Origin: Candidatus Micrarchaeia archaeon
Lineage (GTDB): Archaea > Micrarchaeota > Micrarchaeia > Micrarchaeales > CABMGC01
Reading direction: 5' to 3'
Assembly (NCBI GenBank): GCA_049976305.1
Contig: JBMFIM010000004.1
Span: 1 to 54,936, forward strand
Length of the DNA stretch: 54,936 nucleotides
Shown here: in pieces, positions 9,080 to 18,823 of the stretch
Position numbering within the stretch: position 1 is the first letter of the stretch
Layout of the letters: the number at the start of each line of letters is the position of its first letter
The notes under the pieces: model-generated
Databases searched by the model: none
The model's input: only the letters and a program-made list of their open reading frames with translations
What the model was told of the DNA's origin: nothing
Program-made: the position numbers and the translations under genes

Positions 9080-9137
9080 AAGCAACCCTCTTTTTAATTT
9101 TACTTTCAAGTTAATAAGGATAAGCCTAAGTGGGAGT

Positions 9138-9608
9138 ATGGAGTGCGAGATCTGCGGGGCAGAGGTTGAAACCCTCTACGAAATAGAGATAGAGGGCACG
9201 ACAATGCTAGTGTGCAGCGTATGCGCAAGAGGCAAGCATCTCACCGGCAAAGTAGTAAAGTCGAAGGAGGAGGCAAATACGGAAAACAAAGCAAAGCCCG
9301 GCGCAAGGCCAAAGGAAAAGGAGGAGCTAGAAATAATAGACAACTACGGAGAGGTCATAAGGAAGGCGAGGGAGAAGCTAGGCTTGCCGCTAAAGGTACT
9401 GGCGGAAAAGATAAGCGAAAAAGAGAGCACGCTTGAAAGGGTAGAGAACCAAAAGACTCTGCCAAACGACAAGCTGGTGAGCAAGCTGGAGAAGGAGCTT
9501 GGAATAAAGCTCACAAGGCCTGTCGAGCAAGGCGCACGAGTTTCTGTCACGAAACCCAGCGAGCCTCTTTCGCTATGGGACGCTGCTGAAAAGAAGAAAA
9601 AGGGCTAG
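9138..9608 (+). CDS. Multiprotein bridging factor aMBF1 (Zn ribbon plus HTH)
   Basis: MECEICG...VCSVC, IIDNYGEVIRKAREKLGL, KLEKELGIKL. Confidence 0.92.
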   Translation: MECEICGAEVETLYEIEIEGTTMLVCSVCARGKHLTGKVVKSKEEANTENKAKPGARPKEKEELEIIDNYGEVIRKAREKLGLPLKVLAEKISEKESTLERVENQKTLPNDKLVSKLEKELGIKLTRPVEQGARVSVTKPSEPLSLWDAAEKKKKG

Positions 9609-9611
9609 CGC

Positions 9612-10670
9612 ATGGCTGTCGAGCTCGGCCCTCTTGTTGCGAGCGTGAAGGAGCACATAACGCTAGATTCGCTGAAGGGCAAGCTCATAGCAATCGACGC
9701 ATACAATACCATATACCAGTTTCTCTCAATAATCAGGCAGCCAGACGGCATGCCGCTGAGGGATTCCCACGGCAATGTCACAAGCCACCTCTCCGGACTT
9801 TTTTACAGGACCATAGACTTTTTGCAGCACGGGCTTGTGCCCATATACGTGTTTGACGGCAAGCCGCCAATGCTCAAGATAAAGACCATAGAGGCGAGGA
9901 TGAACAAGCGTGAAAGCGAGCTTGAAGCTTGGAACGAGGCGCTTGAAAAAGGCCTGCTTGAAGAAGCTAGGCAGCACGCTATGGCAAGCACAACGATAAA
10001 CAAGGAGATAGTAGAAAGTGCAAAAGAACTACTGGACTACATGGGGATTGCATGGCTCCAGGCGCCGAGCGAAGGAGAAGCTCAAGCTGCACACCTTGCA
10101 AAATCTGGTGCGGTTTACGCTGCAGCAAGCCAAGACTATGACCTTTTCCTTTTCGGCTCGCCTATAGTGGTAAGAAACCTGGCAATAACCGGCAGGAGGA
10201 AGCTGCCTAAGAAAAACATCTATGTCAGCATAAAGCCTGAGCGCATAGTGCTTGATAGGCTCCTCTCTAGTTTGGGGATAACGCAAAGGCAGCTTGTGTG
10301 GCTTGGCATGCTAGTTGGCACAGATTTCAACGAAGGCATAAGCCGCATAGGACCGAAAACTGCACTGAAGATAGTGAAAAAGTGCAGGAGCTTGGAAGAG
10401 GTAGAGGCTGAGCTTGCTAAGAACAACTATCAAAGTTTTGAAGTCGATGCGAAAGAGGTAGAGCGCATATTCCTGGATCCGGAAGTGGAGGAAATAAATG
10501 CAAGCGAAATTGCAAGAAAAGCCAGCTCCTTGATGCCTGACAAGGAAAAGCTCATAGACTTCATGTGCGGCAAGCATGATTTCGACAAGGAGCGGGTTGA
10601 AAAGTTTGCAGACATGCTTGTGAAGCTTAAAAGTGGGGCGAACCAAAGAAGCATATTTGAATGGTCCTAG
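9612..10670 (+). CDS. fen: Flap endonuclease 1
   Basis: IDAYNTIYQFLSIIRQPDG, TSHLSGLFYRT, APSEGEAQAA, SQDYD, GTDFN, C-terminal PIP box QRSIFEW. Confidence 0.97.
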   Translation: MAVELGPLVASVKEHITLDSLKGKLIAIDAYNTIYQFLSIIRQPDGMPLRDSHGNVTSHLSGLFYRTIDFLQHGLVPIYVFDGKPPMLKIKTIEARMNKRESELEAWNEALEKGLLEEARQHAMASTTINKEIVESAKELLDYMGIAWLQAPSEGEAQAAHLAKSGAVYAAASQDYDLFLFGSPIVVRNLAITGRRKLPKKNIYVSIKPERIVLDRLLSSLGITQRQLVWLGMLVGTDFNEGISRIGPKTALKIVKKCRSLEEVEAELAKNNYQSFEVDAKEVERIFLDPEVEEINASEIARKASSLMPDKEKLIDFMCGKHDFDKERVEKFADMLVKLKSGANQRSIFEWS

Positions 10671-10732
10671 CTTCTTTCGTCTTTGATTTAGATAGGTTTT
10701 TATAGGATGAATGCAAGAATATTACGAAGGCC

Positions 10733-11842
10733 ATGAACAAGCTTGTGGCGATGCTTACACTGCTACTGTTAGGCGTTGCTTTTGCAGAAAGTGGCCCTTT
10801 GAGTACACTGCCTTCGGTGCCCATTGCTGCATATTTGCCTGTTTCGCTGGTTGCCTTTACCATTTCTTTGGATGTAGTTGCAATAGGCTATATAATTAGC
10901 AAGCTTTTCCCAAGCGCAGGCATAAGCGGATGGATTAACGCGGAGTATTGGGAGCTTGCGAAGACCGCGATGCTCATTGCGGGCATATATGCAATATTAG
11001 TTTTCATAAGCAGCGTTGCAGTAATAGTAAGTGGCGGAACGCCCTCAACGAGCAATGTGCTGGCGAACTTTAACTCCATAATAACTTCCTCTAACGAGTA
11101 CTTTGCTCAGACTGAGAACGCAATAGGCTTCAGCATGGACACCATGTATTATATTTCCCAAACAGCAGGAGCCCTAAAGTCGATAACCCTTTCGGTGCAG
11201 CCTTTCTTAAATGTTCCGCCCGTACCTGAGTCGCCGGTATATTTCAAATGGGGTTATTCCGAATCCATTTATGCAAACCAACTTCTCGAGCAAGGTATAA
11301 CTACAGGCACGTATGAGTCTATGATAAACGATGCATTCGTACTCCTTTATATTCCAATGGCCTTTCTTACCTACATACTCCACATAGGAATATACTATGC
11401 AATAGTGCTCGGCCTATGGATTCTGCTGCCAATAGGCATTCTTTTCAGAGCTTTTCCATTCATAAGAGGAATAGGAGGAACGCTTATAGGAATAGGCATG
11501 GGAATAGGCATAATATTCCCTGCAACGATTGTCATGTTTAACATCCCATTAAGCAACGCCATGCAGTTTCTAATGCCACAAAGTATTGGCGTGCAAGCGT
11601 CAAACTTTCTCAACCTTGGAGGGTTTGGTCTTTTTCTTACAGGCCTTACGAATTTATGGTATATAATTGGCTCGATTTACTATTTCCTCAATCTATTCTG
11701 GTCATATGGCGCATACTTGATATTGCTGCTGCTTACATACATATTAGATCTTGCCATAGTCTACGCGCTTGCAGACAATATAGCTAGAACCTTCGGCGGC
11801 TCGTTCAGGCTAGGCTTGACGGGCAAGATGAGGCTGGTATAG
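10733..11842 (+). CDS. Multi-pass membrane protein, CedA/VirB6-like paralog 1
   Basis: Signal peptide; GYIISKLF...EYWE motif; GILFRAFPFIRGIGGTLIGIGMGIGIIFP. Confidence 0.7.
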   Translation: MNKLVAMLTLLLLGVAFAESGPLSTLPSVPIAAYLPVSLVAFTISLDVVAIGYIISKLFPSAGISGWINAEYWELAKTAMLIAGIYAILVFISSVAVIVSGGTPSTSNVLANFNSIITSSNEYFAQTENAIGFSMDTMYYISQTAGALKSITLSVQPFLNVPPVPESPVYFKWGYSESIYANQLLEQGITTGTYESMINDAFVLLYIPMAFLTYILHIGIYYAIVLGLWILLPIGILFRAFPFIRGIGGTLIGIGMGIGIIFPATIVMFNIPLSNAMQFLMPQSIGVQASNFLNLGGFGLFLTGLTNLWYIIGSIYYFLNLFWSYGAYLILLLLTYILDLAIVYALADNIARTFGGSFRLGLTGKMRLV

Positions 11843-13017
11843 TGGTTAGTTTGCTGCTCGCTAGCGTATGCGGCGTCTTCGCCAATGGTATGAGCGTAGG
11901 CTATGGCGGGGCTTGGGAGAAGCAGTGGCTTGCTGTAAGCCTATTTGTAGTGCTTGCTGTGCTTTCGATATCTGGCCTACTTTACGCGATAAGCGGAGTT
12001 ATGCCGACAAAAAGAAGGGAAAAGCTAAAGGGTATAATACATTATGAGATGTTTGAGGCGTTTGTATCTATCATATTAATCTTCTCAGTCCTCTTGCTTT
12101 CAGGCTTGGCGTGCTATGCTGGCTCTGTTCTTTTCCAATCATCAAGCTACCAAGGCCTATTTTACAACGATGAGATCTACATCGGCGACCTTCTTTTCAA
12201 CAGAGGAACCGCATTGGTAAGCCAGCTTTATACCTCTGCCATAGAGTACGGAATAGCTTCACAGGCGCTGAGTTACGTCATAGGCAACGCCCTTACTTAT
12301 ATCCACAACGCTCTTGTAACAGCCCACCCGAACTTTGTCATATTTACTGGGCCGAGCATAGACATATTTTCAATTCTCAACACATATGCTTCACAGTTTC
12401 TTGGTACATACGGTACATACGCTTCGATTGTACTGATAGTATGGGGAGTCCTTTTCATTATTTTTCTCAGCCTTCCGCTCATACAGGCAAGCGCCCTCAC
12501 CGTTGTTTTGCCAGTGGCAATAATAACGAGGCTGTTTGCATACTCTGGACCGAAGCTAAGAGAAGTATCAAATACTTTCATAGCCTTTGCAATTGGCCTT
12601 TTCTTTGTGTTCCCTCTGACTATAGCGCTTGACAGCCAAATAACCACCTGTCTCATCACGCCTACAGCAAGCAACTGTGGCTGGCTTTATTCTCAGTATA
12701 TTCAGCCTGTACCTGAGCAGATCCCTGTATCTTCACTCTTTACGTCAAGCACAGCGCCTATAAGCGGTTTCCAAGTCTCACTAAACGTGTTTAGCGCGAT
12801 TGCTACAAGCGGAGCAGCGCCCGGGCTTTCAATGGTTACGCTTCTTTTCAACGCACCGGTAGTTGCTTGGGACTATGCTACAAAAATAGCAGACTATGTC
12901 TTCATGGGAATAGTCCTTATAGGAATAGACTTTCTCATAACAATAGGATTCATAGCGGGCTTTGCAAAGGGGCTCAGCTCAATATCTGGGCTCTTTGAGG
13001 GTGGAGAGTTTTGGTGA
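11842..13017 (+). CDS. Multi-pass membrane protein, CedA/VirB6-like paralog 2
   Basis: LYAISG...EMFE motif; AIITRLFAYSGPKLREVSNTFIAFAIGLFFVFP; GTG start overlaps the previous TAG. Confidence 0.68.
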   Translation: MVSLLLASVCGVFANGMSVGYGGAWEKQWLAVSLFVVLAVLSISGLLYAISGVMPTKRREKLKGIIHYEMFEAFVSIILIFSVLLLSGLACYAGSVLFQSSSYQGLFYNDEIYIGDLLFNRGTALVSQLYTSAIEYGIASQALSYVIGNALTYIHNALVTAHPNFVIFTGPSIDIFSILNTYASQFLGTYGTYASIVLIVWGVLFIIFLSLPLIQASALTVVLPVAIITRLFAYSGPKLREVSNTFIAFAIGLFFVFPLTIALDSQITTCLITPTASNCGWLYSQYIQPVPEQIPVSSLFTSSTAPISGFQVSLNVFSAIATSGAAPGLSMVTLLFNAPVVAWDYATKIADYVFMGIVLIGIDFLITIGFIAGFAKGLSSISGLFEGGEFW

Positions 13018-14741
13018 AAATAGCAAACTTGTTGCCATTAGCAGCTTTTGCAGTATTAGCTAATGCATTCGCTTCAAGCACACAGGTGTATTTACCTTCT
13101 TACTCGCCGCCTACCAATTTGTCTCCAATAGCTTCGCCTTACTCAGCATTCACCAGCTGGCTGCCAGTAGTATTTATCGCAGTGTTGCTTGGAATTGTAA
13201 TAACCTCTATATATTATATTCTGGGCTATCTTCTGAACAACCGTAATGTAAAGTCTAAAGCAATATCTGAGCTCATCCAAGCAGTTGAAACAGGGGTAAT
13301 CGCAATCTTCATAATAATCATATTCTCGATAATAGGAAACACTATTCTTTCGCCAATCTCTGTTTTGCAGCCTTCTGTTACAAACACATTGTGCACGCAG
13401 CTACAAAGCAGCAAATTGGACTTTTTGAATCCCAATACAATAGTTACGAAGTCCCCTACAAATGCCATATGCAACGGCATAATAGCACCCATAGCAAGCG
13501 GGCATGCTGGCATTACCGAAAGCATCGACTACGGGCTTGCAGCTACATATGTAGTCTTTGCAAATGTAACAAACCAAATAGCAAACAACCTAAATGCATT
13601 TTATGTATATGATGGTATGATAAGCTTCCTTTCAAAATTCCAGTCAATAAATGGGTTCGGGATAAGCGCAGCAGAAAATTCGTATCAAGTCGCCTTCCTC
13701 TATACGCCCCTTGCAGGCTACACGTTTCTCAAAAAGATGAGCCTCGCTGTAGGCGTGGTGAGCGGTCTATCGTTTTACGCTCAAACAATTCAAATGATAA
13801 TAATCCTGCTTATACTTCAAGTGTGGCCTTATCTGCTAGCCGCAGGCCTTATCTTCAGAGCCCTTTCTTATACAAGAAGGCTTGGCGGGCTTCTTATTGG
13901 CATAGTCCTTGCACTGGTCATAATACTACCTTTTATAGTGTTGTTTGAATACGCTTCGCTAACTTCTCCACAGGCATATCCTATAGGGGTAAACTCTATG
14001 CCTTATTTGCCCATCTATGAAGCGGCGCCAGACGGCAACACAATCGTTTATGGCGATTCTTCAGGTTTTGCATATTTGAATGGGCAGTGGGTATATGAAG
14101 TGCAATGCGGCAACCCTAGTACTGCCAATTATGCATACACTACGCTTTCGCCTAGTCCTCTGCAGGAATGCCCAAATTGCTACATAAAAGACAGCAGCCT
14201 CTGCCCTAATGGTGGATATGCTTATGAGACGGTTTGTGGGGATCCAAACACTGCTGAAAGAGCGGGTTTCTTAGGCTTGTCATACTATTGCACAAATAGC
14301 CCAAGTCCTGGAATTCAGGTAGTAAACAGCCCGGCTAACGTAATTCCTAGAGGCGCTGGAATAAGCCCGTTCATACTGCCTAATGCAACAGCTACGCTCA
14401 AGCATTATTCCTGCTGGTCATCAAACCTGCCTGCCTATGAATTGGAATTTAGTGCATTTTACCTTATCCCTGGCTATGGTCTTGCGACAGGCGCCGCTTC
14501 TGCGTTTGTTTCAAGTGCATTAGTAACTAGTCTACCGTTGACGCCGACAAGCATATTGGGCTGCTCGCCTCCGGAAGCGATAGATGCGGGGCTTGCACTT
14601 ACCAACATATACGGCATAACCTCTATAACCGCATTCCTTATACCACTTTTCAACGTCCTAATAATCTATGGAGCTGCTATGGGCCTTTCAAAGATGATGG
14701 GCGGTGAAAGCGACATACTCGGGATTAGCAAGTTGATATGA
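13014..14741 (+). CDS. Multi-pass membrane protein, CedA/VirB6-like paralog 3, with a Cys-rich external insert
   Basis: YYILGYLLNN...ELIQ motif; GLIFRALSYTRRLGGLLIGIVLALVIILP; GTGA overlap with the previous stop. Confidence 0.7.
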   Translation: MKIANLLPLAAFAVLANAFASSTQVYLPSYSPPTNLSPIASPYSAFTSWLPVVFIAVLLGIVITSIYYILGYLLNNRNVKSKAISELIQAVETGVIAIFIIIIFSIIGNTILSPISVLQPSVTNTLCTQLQSSKLDFLNPNTIVTKSPTNAICNGIIAPIASGHAGITESIDYGLAATYVVFANVTNQIANNLNAFYVYDGMISFLSKFQSINGFGISAAENSYQVAFLYTPLAGYTFLKKMSLAVGVVSGLSFYAQTIQMIIILLILQVWPYLLAAGLIFRALSYTRRLGGLLIGIVLALVIILPFIVLFEYASLTSPQAYPIGVNSMPYLPIYEAAPDGNTIVYGDSSGFAYLNGQWVYEVQCGNPSTANYAYTTLSPSPLQECPNCYIKDSSLCPNGGYAYETVCGDPNTAERAGFLGLSYYCTNSPSPGIQVVNSPANVIPRGAGISPFILPNATATLKHYSCWSSNLPAYELEFSAFYLIPGYGLATGAASAFVSSALVTSLPLTPTSILGCSPPEAIDAGLALTNIYGITSITAFLIPLFNVLIIYGAAMGLSKMMGGESDILGISKLI

Positions 14742-15871
14742 TGAACAAAATAGGCACAACGTTGCTTGTCTTCGCGTTCTTGGCTAGTTCTGCCACTCTT
14801 GCCAATGCACAACAAATCGCAGGCGAAACTGTTTGCAACGCCATGTTTAATGCAGACAACCTATCGGTATTGAGTGCGAGTTATGCCACTTTGTTGAATG
14901 TATCTCTTGTAATTGTGCTGATGGTACTTTCACTTCTTAGCATAATATATGCGATAGGCAGAGCTTTTGGGCTTGCAAGACTTGTTTCCTTTGTACAAAA
15001 GGAGTATTTAGAAAGCATATTCAACATAATACTCATAACAATAGTAATAGGTGGCCTTGGATTTGCAGATGCTTCTGCAAAATTCTTCGCATCAATCTCT
15101 GCCATCTATGCAACTAGCCCGCCAAGCATACCAAACACTGCAAACGGTTTGCTTTTGCAACTATGCACAAACTACTTTAACAATGGAGCGTACCAAGCCC
15201 TAAGGGATGTTGTTTATCTTCTTCCTGCTTTTGCTACTGGAAGTTTTCTAGATACCCTTACCTTTCAATTTAACACGCCACAAGGTGCTAACGTGACATT
15301 GCATAGAGTAATCCCCGCACCGGTTGGGGTTAGCATAGGCTTTTCTATTTCACCTTTTAAAGGCGTATATCCTTATTTGATAATCCTTAAAACCGAGGCC
15401 GATGTTGCAGTAGGGATCGCAATGATCTTAATAGGTGTTGGGATGCTACTTGCTTTTATTGCCGCCTTGTTTCCTCTTCTTTTCTATGCAGGAATATTTC
15501 TAAGGTCTTTTCCTTGGATGAGGGCGGCAGGCGGGTCGTTAATAGCACTTTTCATTTCCTTCTACATAGTTTTCCCTGGAATAGCCTACGGCGCGTCTAT
15601 CTTACAAAATGCAATACCAAGTCCGCCACAGCTTCAAGGCTTTGGAACATTGGCTGCAATATTGACTGCAATTACTAATCCTTTAGAGGTTTTAATACTT
15701 CATCTAATGCCACAAATAGAGAACACAATAAACACATTTATCTATTCGGTTATTCAGATTTTTGCCATAGGCGTTGCTTTCTTAATTTCTTTCGATCTAC
15801 TTGAAGCCCTTGGAGACTTGCTTGGGGCTCCTTCACTACAATCAAGCAAGCTATTCAGCAAGGTGATATGA
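14738..15871 (+). CDS. Multi-pass membrane protein, CedA/VirB6-like paralog 4
   Basis: IYAIGRAFG...EYLE motif; GIFLRSFPWMRAAGGSLIALFISFYIVFP; ATGA overlap. Confidence 0.7.
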   Translation: MMNKIGTTLLVFAFLASSATLANAQQIAGETVCNAMFNADNLSVLSASYATLLNVSLVIVLMVLSLLSIIYAIGRAFGLARLVSFVQKEYLESIFNIILITIVIGGLGFADASAKFFASISAIYATSPPSIPNTANGLLLQLCTNYFNNGAYQALRDVVYLLPAFATGSFLDTLTFQFNTPQGANVTLHRVIPAPVGVSIGFSISPFKGVYPYLIILKTEADVAVGIAMILIGVGMLLAFIAALFPLLFYAGIFLRSFPWMRAAGGSLIALFISFYIVFPGIAYGASILQNAIPSPPQLQGFGTLAAILTAITNPLEVLILHLMPQIENTINTFIYSVIQIFAIGVAFLISFDLLEALGDLLGAPSLQSSKLFSKVI

Positions 15872-16893
15872 TGTTCCTGCTTGATGCCTGCACTGGCGCT
15901 GCTGTTATGACGAATGGATGGTTTCTGGTAGCTACGGCTGGCGCACTTGCTGTAATGGCGGTGCTTGCGTTAATCTACGCTATCGCGCCTCTGGCAGGAC
16001 GAAATGAACTAAGGCCATGGGCTAGAATAAAAATATTTGATGTGCTTTTTTCTATTGTGCTTATCTTTATCTTCTTCTTTATTATAACAGAACTGAATTC
16101 CATAAACTATGTAAACCTGTTTGGCAGCTCACTTGTACCTACTGCCTGCATTAGTTCGCTAACCTCGGCTTCTACGTCTGGAACCCTGAGCTGCAGTCAT
16201 GTTTTGCCAGCAGTAGCAATGTGCGACCTGAACCAGTTCAACGGCTATGCCGGCAAGTTTAACATACTCGCATACCTAATCCAATTCTTCCTCTCAACCT
16301 CATCCGGATTAAATATAGAAGGGGATATAGGAAATTGGGGCGCATACAGTGCAAAGATATCAATAAACATATCTTCTTTCCAAAATTTCCTGTTTTTGAG
16401 CATTTTGTTCTGGTTTTACATCCTAAGCAGAGTATTGCTTCTTCTTTTGTCGGTATCTACGCTTTTGCTTAGCCTAACTTTGACAATAGGCCTCCTTGCA
16501 AGAATATTTCCAGTCACGCGCACATTTGGAGGGGCGATGATTGCGTTTGGTATGGGGATAGGAATCATACTCCCACTGATGGTTTCGCTGACCTATGGTT
16601 ACTTAGACATTGGGCTTCAAAATACATTTTCGAACATATCAACCCAGACTTTGATAAATACTATATATTCCTTCCTCCTTTACGCTTTAATTCCGATTGC
16701 TTCAACAATTGCTTTAACACAAGAAGCAATAAGCCTAATAATAAACTTAATAGTGTTTTCAGGGCTAGTTATTGTAGGTCTTGCATTCGTATCCATCTTT
16801 GACTTGGTGATAGTGGATGTATTCATTAGGGACTTTTCCCAAGCGGTTGGGGAGAGGCTTGACCTGCTAAGCATACTTATGAGCGTGGCGTAA
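15868..16893 (+). CDS. Multi-pass membrane protein, CedA/VirB6-like paralog 5
   Basis: IYAIAPLAG...KIFD motif; GLLARIFPVTRTFGGAMIAFGMGIGIILP; ATGA overlap. Confidence 0.7.
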   Translation: MMFLLDACTGAAVMTNGWFLVATAGALAVMAVLALIYAIAPLAGRNELRPWARIKIFDVLFSIVLIFIFFFIITELNSINYVNLFGSSLVPTACISSLTSASTSGTLSCSHVLPAVAMCDLNQFNGYAGKFNILAYLIQFFLSTSSGLNIEGDIGNWGAYSAKISINISSFQNFLFLSILFWFYILSRVLLLLLSVSTLLLSLTLTIGLLARIFPVTRTFGGAMIAFGMGIGIILPLMVSLTYGYLDIGLQNTFSNISTQTLINTIYSFLLYALIPIASTIALTQEAISLIINLIVFSGLVIVGLAFVSIFDLVIVDVFIRDFSQAVGERLDLLSILMSVA

Positions 16894-17946
16894 ATGAAAG
16901 CATTAACTATTGCTTTGTTTGTGCTTATTGGCTTGGTATTTGGGCAGGTTACTAGCTGCCCAGCTTCTGCGAGCGCATTGGCGCCATGGTACTGCAGCCA
17001 AATAAACCAAGCAGTGTATCAGACATGGGCTGAATGGGAGCCGATAGCAGTTGCAGCTGCACTTGTATCTTTCATGGTGGCAATGATAATATTTGTAATA
17101 GGTACAGCAGCCAACAATAACAGAATCAAAAGCTTTGGAATGGGCGAAATATACGAAGCCATAGCTACGATAATAATTGTTGCTGCATTTTCCTTCATAG
17201 CCGCTGAACTTTTTGGCGTTCTGCCATCGACAGTCGCTGGGCCGATAGACCCGTATAACGGAGCGCTTACCTACTTAGCGAAGAACATAAATGAGACAGC
17301 AACGCTTGTAAAGGCCCTTTTTGGCACATATGTGGTTGGAGCATACTATGCCAGCATATCCTTGGACTTTGCACTTGCCAGTGAATCTGTAACTATAGTG
17401 AAAAATGTTTATATGGTATATGCGGTTGCTATAAGCATATTCTTCCTGCTTCCAATAGATGCAATAATCAGTATAATTCTTGAAGGACTCCTGTTGCTGT
17501 ATGTAGAGTTTTACCTAGTGCTGTTTGCAATGTACGCCAGCATTCCTGTTTTCTTCATACCGGGCATAGTACTAAGGGCAATATTGCCTACAAGAAATGT
17601 GGGGGGAATGCTTATGGCGATGGGCATAAGCTTCTACCTGATAATGCCAACACTGTTTGCGGTTGCATATTACTTCACTACTAGCGGCGCCTTAGCGTCG
17701 CTCTACTCGCAGACACAAGCTATCGAAGCGAACAGCCAAGGCACAGGCGTTATAACCAATGCAATAAGCCCAACAAGCCCGCTTGTGCTAGACCTAAAGG
17801 GCATAGAGACAGGAATGGGTGCATATTGGATGGCTGTTCTTTTCTTCCCCTCACTTATTATTGCCATAACCTATGAAAGCACAATGATTATAGGCGAATT
17901 TATAGGCGGGTTCTCAAAGAAAAGTGGCCTATTGAGGGCTGTTTAG
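16894..17946 (+). CDS. Multi-pass membrane protein, CedA/VirB6-like paralog 6
   Basis: IFVIGTAANN...EIYE motif; GIVLRAILPTRNVGGMLMAMGISFYLIMP; TAA directly followed by ATG. Confidence 0.7.
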   Translation: MKALTIALFVLIGLVFGQVTSCPASASALAPWYCSQINQAVYQTWAEWEPIAVAAALVSFMVAMIIFVIGTAANNNRIKSFGMGEIYEAIATIIIVAAFSFIAAELFGVLPSTVAGPIDPYNGALTYLAKNINETATLVKALFGTYVVGAYYASISLDFALASESVTIVKNVYMVYAVAISIFFLLPIDAIISIILEGLLLLYVEFYLVLFAMYASIPVFFIPGIVLRAILPTRNVGGMLMAMGISFYLIMPTLFAVAYYFTTSGALASLYSQTQAIEANSQGTGVITNAISPTSPLVLDLKGIETGMGAYWMAVLFFPSLIIAITYESTMIIGEFIGGFSKKSGLLRAV

Positions 17947-18819
17947 ATGCAAGAGAGCGTATTGGCAAAGCTAGGCAAGAATAGCATCTCGGCTACTGAC
18001 ATTGCAAACCAGTTTTGGTGCGAAAAGCAGGTCGAGCTCAATTACCTATACGGAAAGAAGTATACAGAACAAATGCAAAAGGGCAAACAGCTGCATGAAG
18101 AGTTGAAGGCAGAGACATATATTCCTCTCAACATAGAACCGGTTACATATGCAGACCTGCTTTACAAGATAGGCTATGAAAATTACATGGCCCTAAAGGT
18201 TCTAGGCGAAAAGAAAGTTTGCAGGGAGCTTACCATATATGGCTCATTAGGGGGATTCAAAGTAGTCGGCCAAATAGACGAGCTGAGGCTTGACGAAAAC
18301 GGTGTTAGGATAATAGAGCTTAAGACCGTAGACTTTAGGCAGGGCTTTAGCACAAACCAGTCTAAGCTAAAGCCAAATATTGTTCAAGTCATGCTTTACA
18401 AGAAGCTACTTGACGATCTGAGGCTGAGAAGGTATACGCTCTACAATTTTTCAAAAGCTTACGGCTTGCAAACTAAAAAGCTCTCTGATTCGTTCTTAAG
18501 GGCTCTTCATGAACTTGGTATAAAGGAGGAGTATACAAACATAAGCGAGATATATAGGCTTATGTTCGACGAATTTTATGCCATGCCGAAGGTAAGCGAC
18601 AAACTTGAAATAAGATACGTTGACAGGCTTACGGGCAAGCAGATAAGCAACATTATAATAAATTATGATGAGGAAAGGATTAACAGAGATCTTTCTTTTG
18701 CTTTGAAGTACTGGCAGGGTGAAAGAGAAGCCATGCCGGTAAGCAAGGAGGAAAGATGGAAATGCAGACTTTGCAAGTTTTACGGAAAGGAATGCAAGGT
18801 TTGGTGGCCTCCAGGGTGA
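17947..18819 (+). CDS. Exonuclease V (Exo5/Dem1)-like, Cas4-like PD-(D/E)xK nuclease with an Fe-S staple
   Basis: ISATDIANQFWCEKQ, GKQLHEEL, GQIDEL...IIELKT, QVMLYK, C-terminal WKCRLCKFYGKEC (1+3 Cys). Confidence 0.82.
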   Translation: MQESVLAKLGKNSISATDIANQFWCEKQVELNYLYGKKYTEQMQKGKQLHEELKAETYIPLNIEPVTYADLLYKIGYENYMALKVLGEKKVCRELTIYGSLGGFKVVGQIDELRLDENGVRIIELKTVDFRQGFSTNQSKLKPNIVQVMLYKKLLDDLRLRRYTLYNFSKAYGLQTKKLSDSFLRALHELGIKEEYTNISEIYRLMFDEFYAMPKVSDKLEIRYVDRLTGKQISNIIINYDEERINRDLSFALKYWQGEREAMPVSKEERWKCRLCKFYGKECKVWWPPG

Positions 18820-18823
18820 GCAT

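Noticed and set aside
10733..17946. Integrated conjugative element or provirus suggested by the shifted base composition
   Set aside because: No integrase, relaxase, att repeats or capsid genes. The array is coupled to housekeeping genes, and the T-richness is explained by hydrophobic codons
17947..18819. CRISPR-Cas locus suggested by the Cas4-like nuclease
   Set aside because: No repeat-spacer array and no cas1/cas2 or effector genes anywhere in the window
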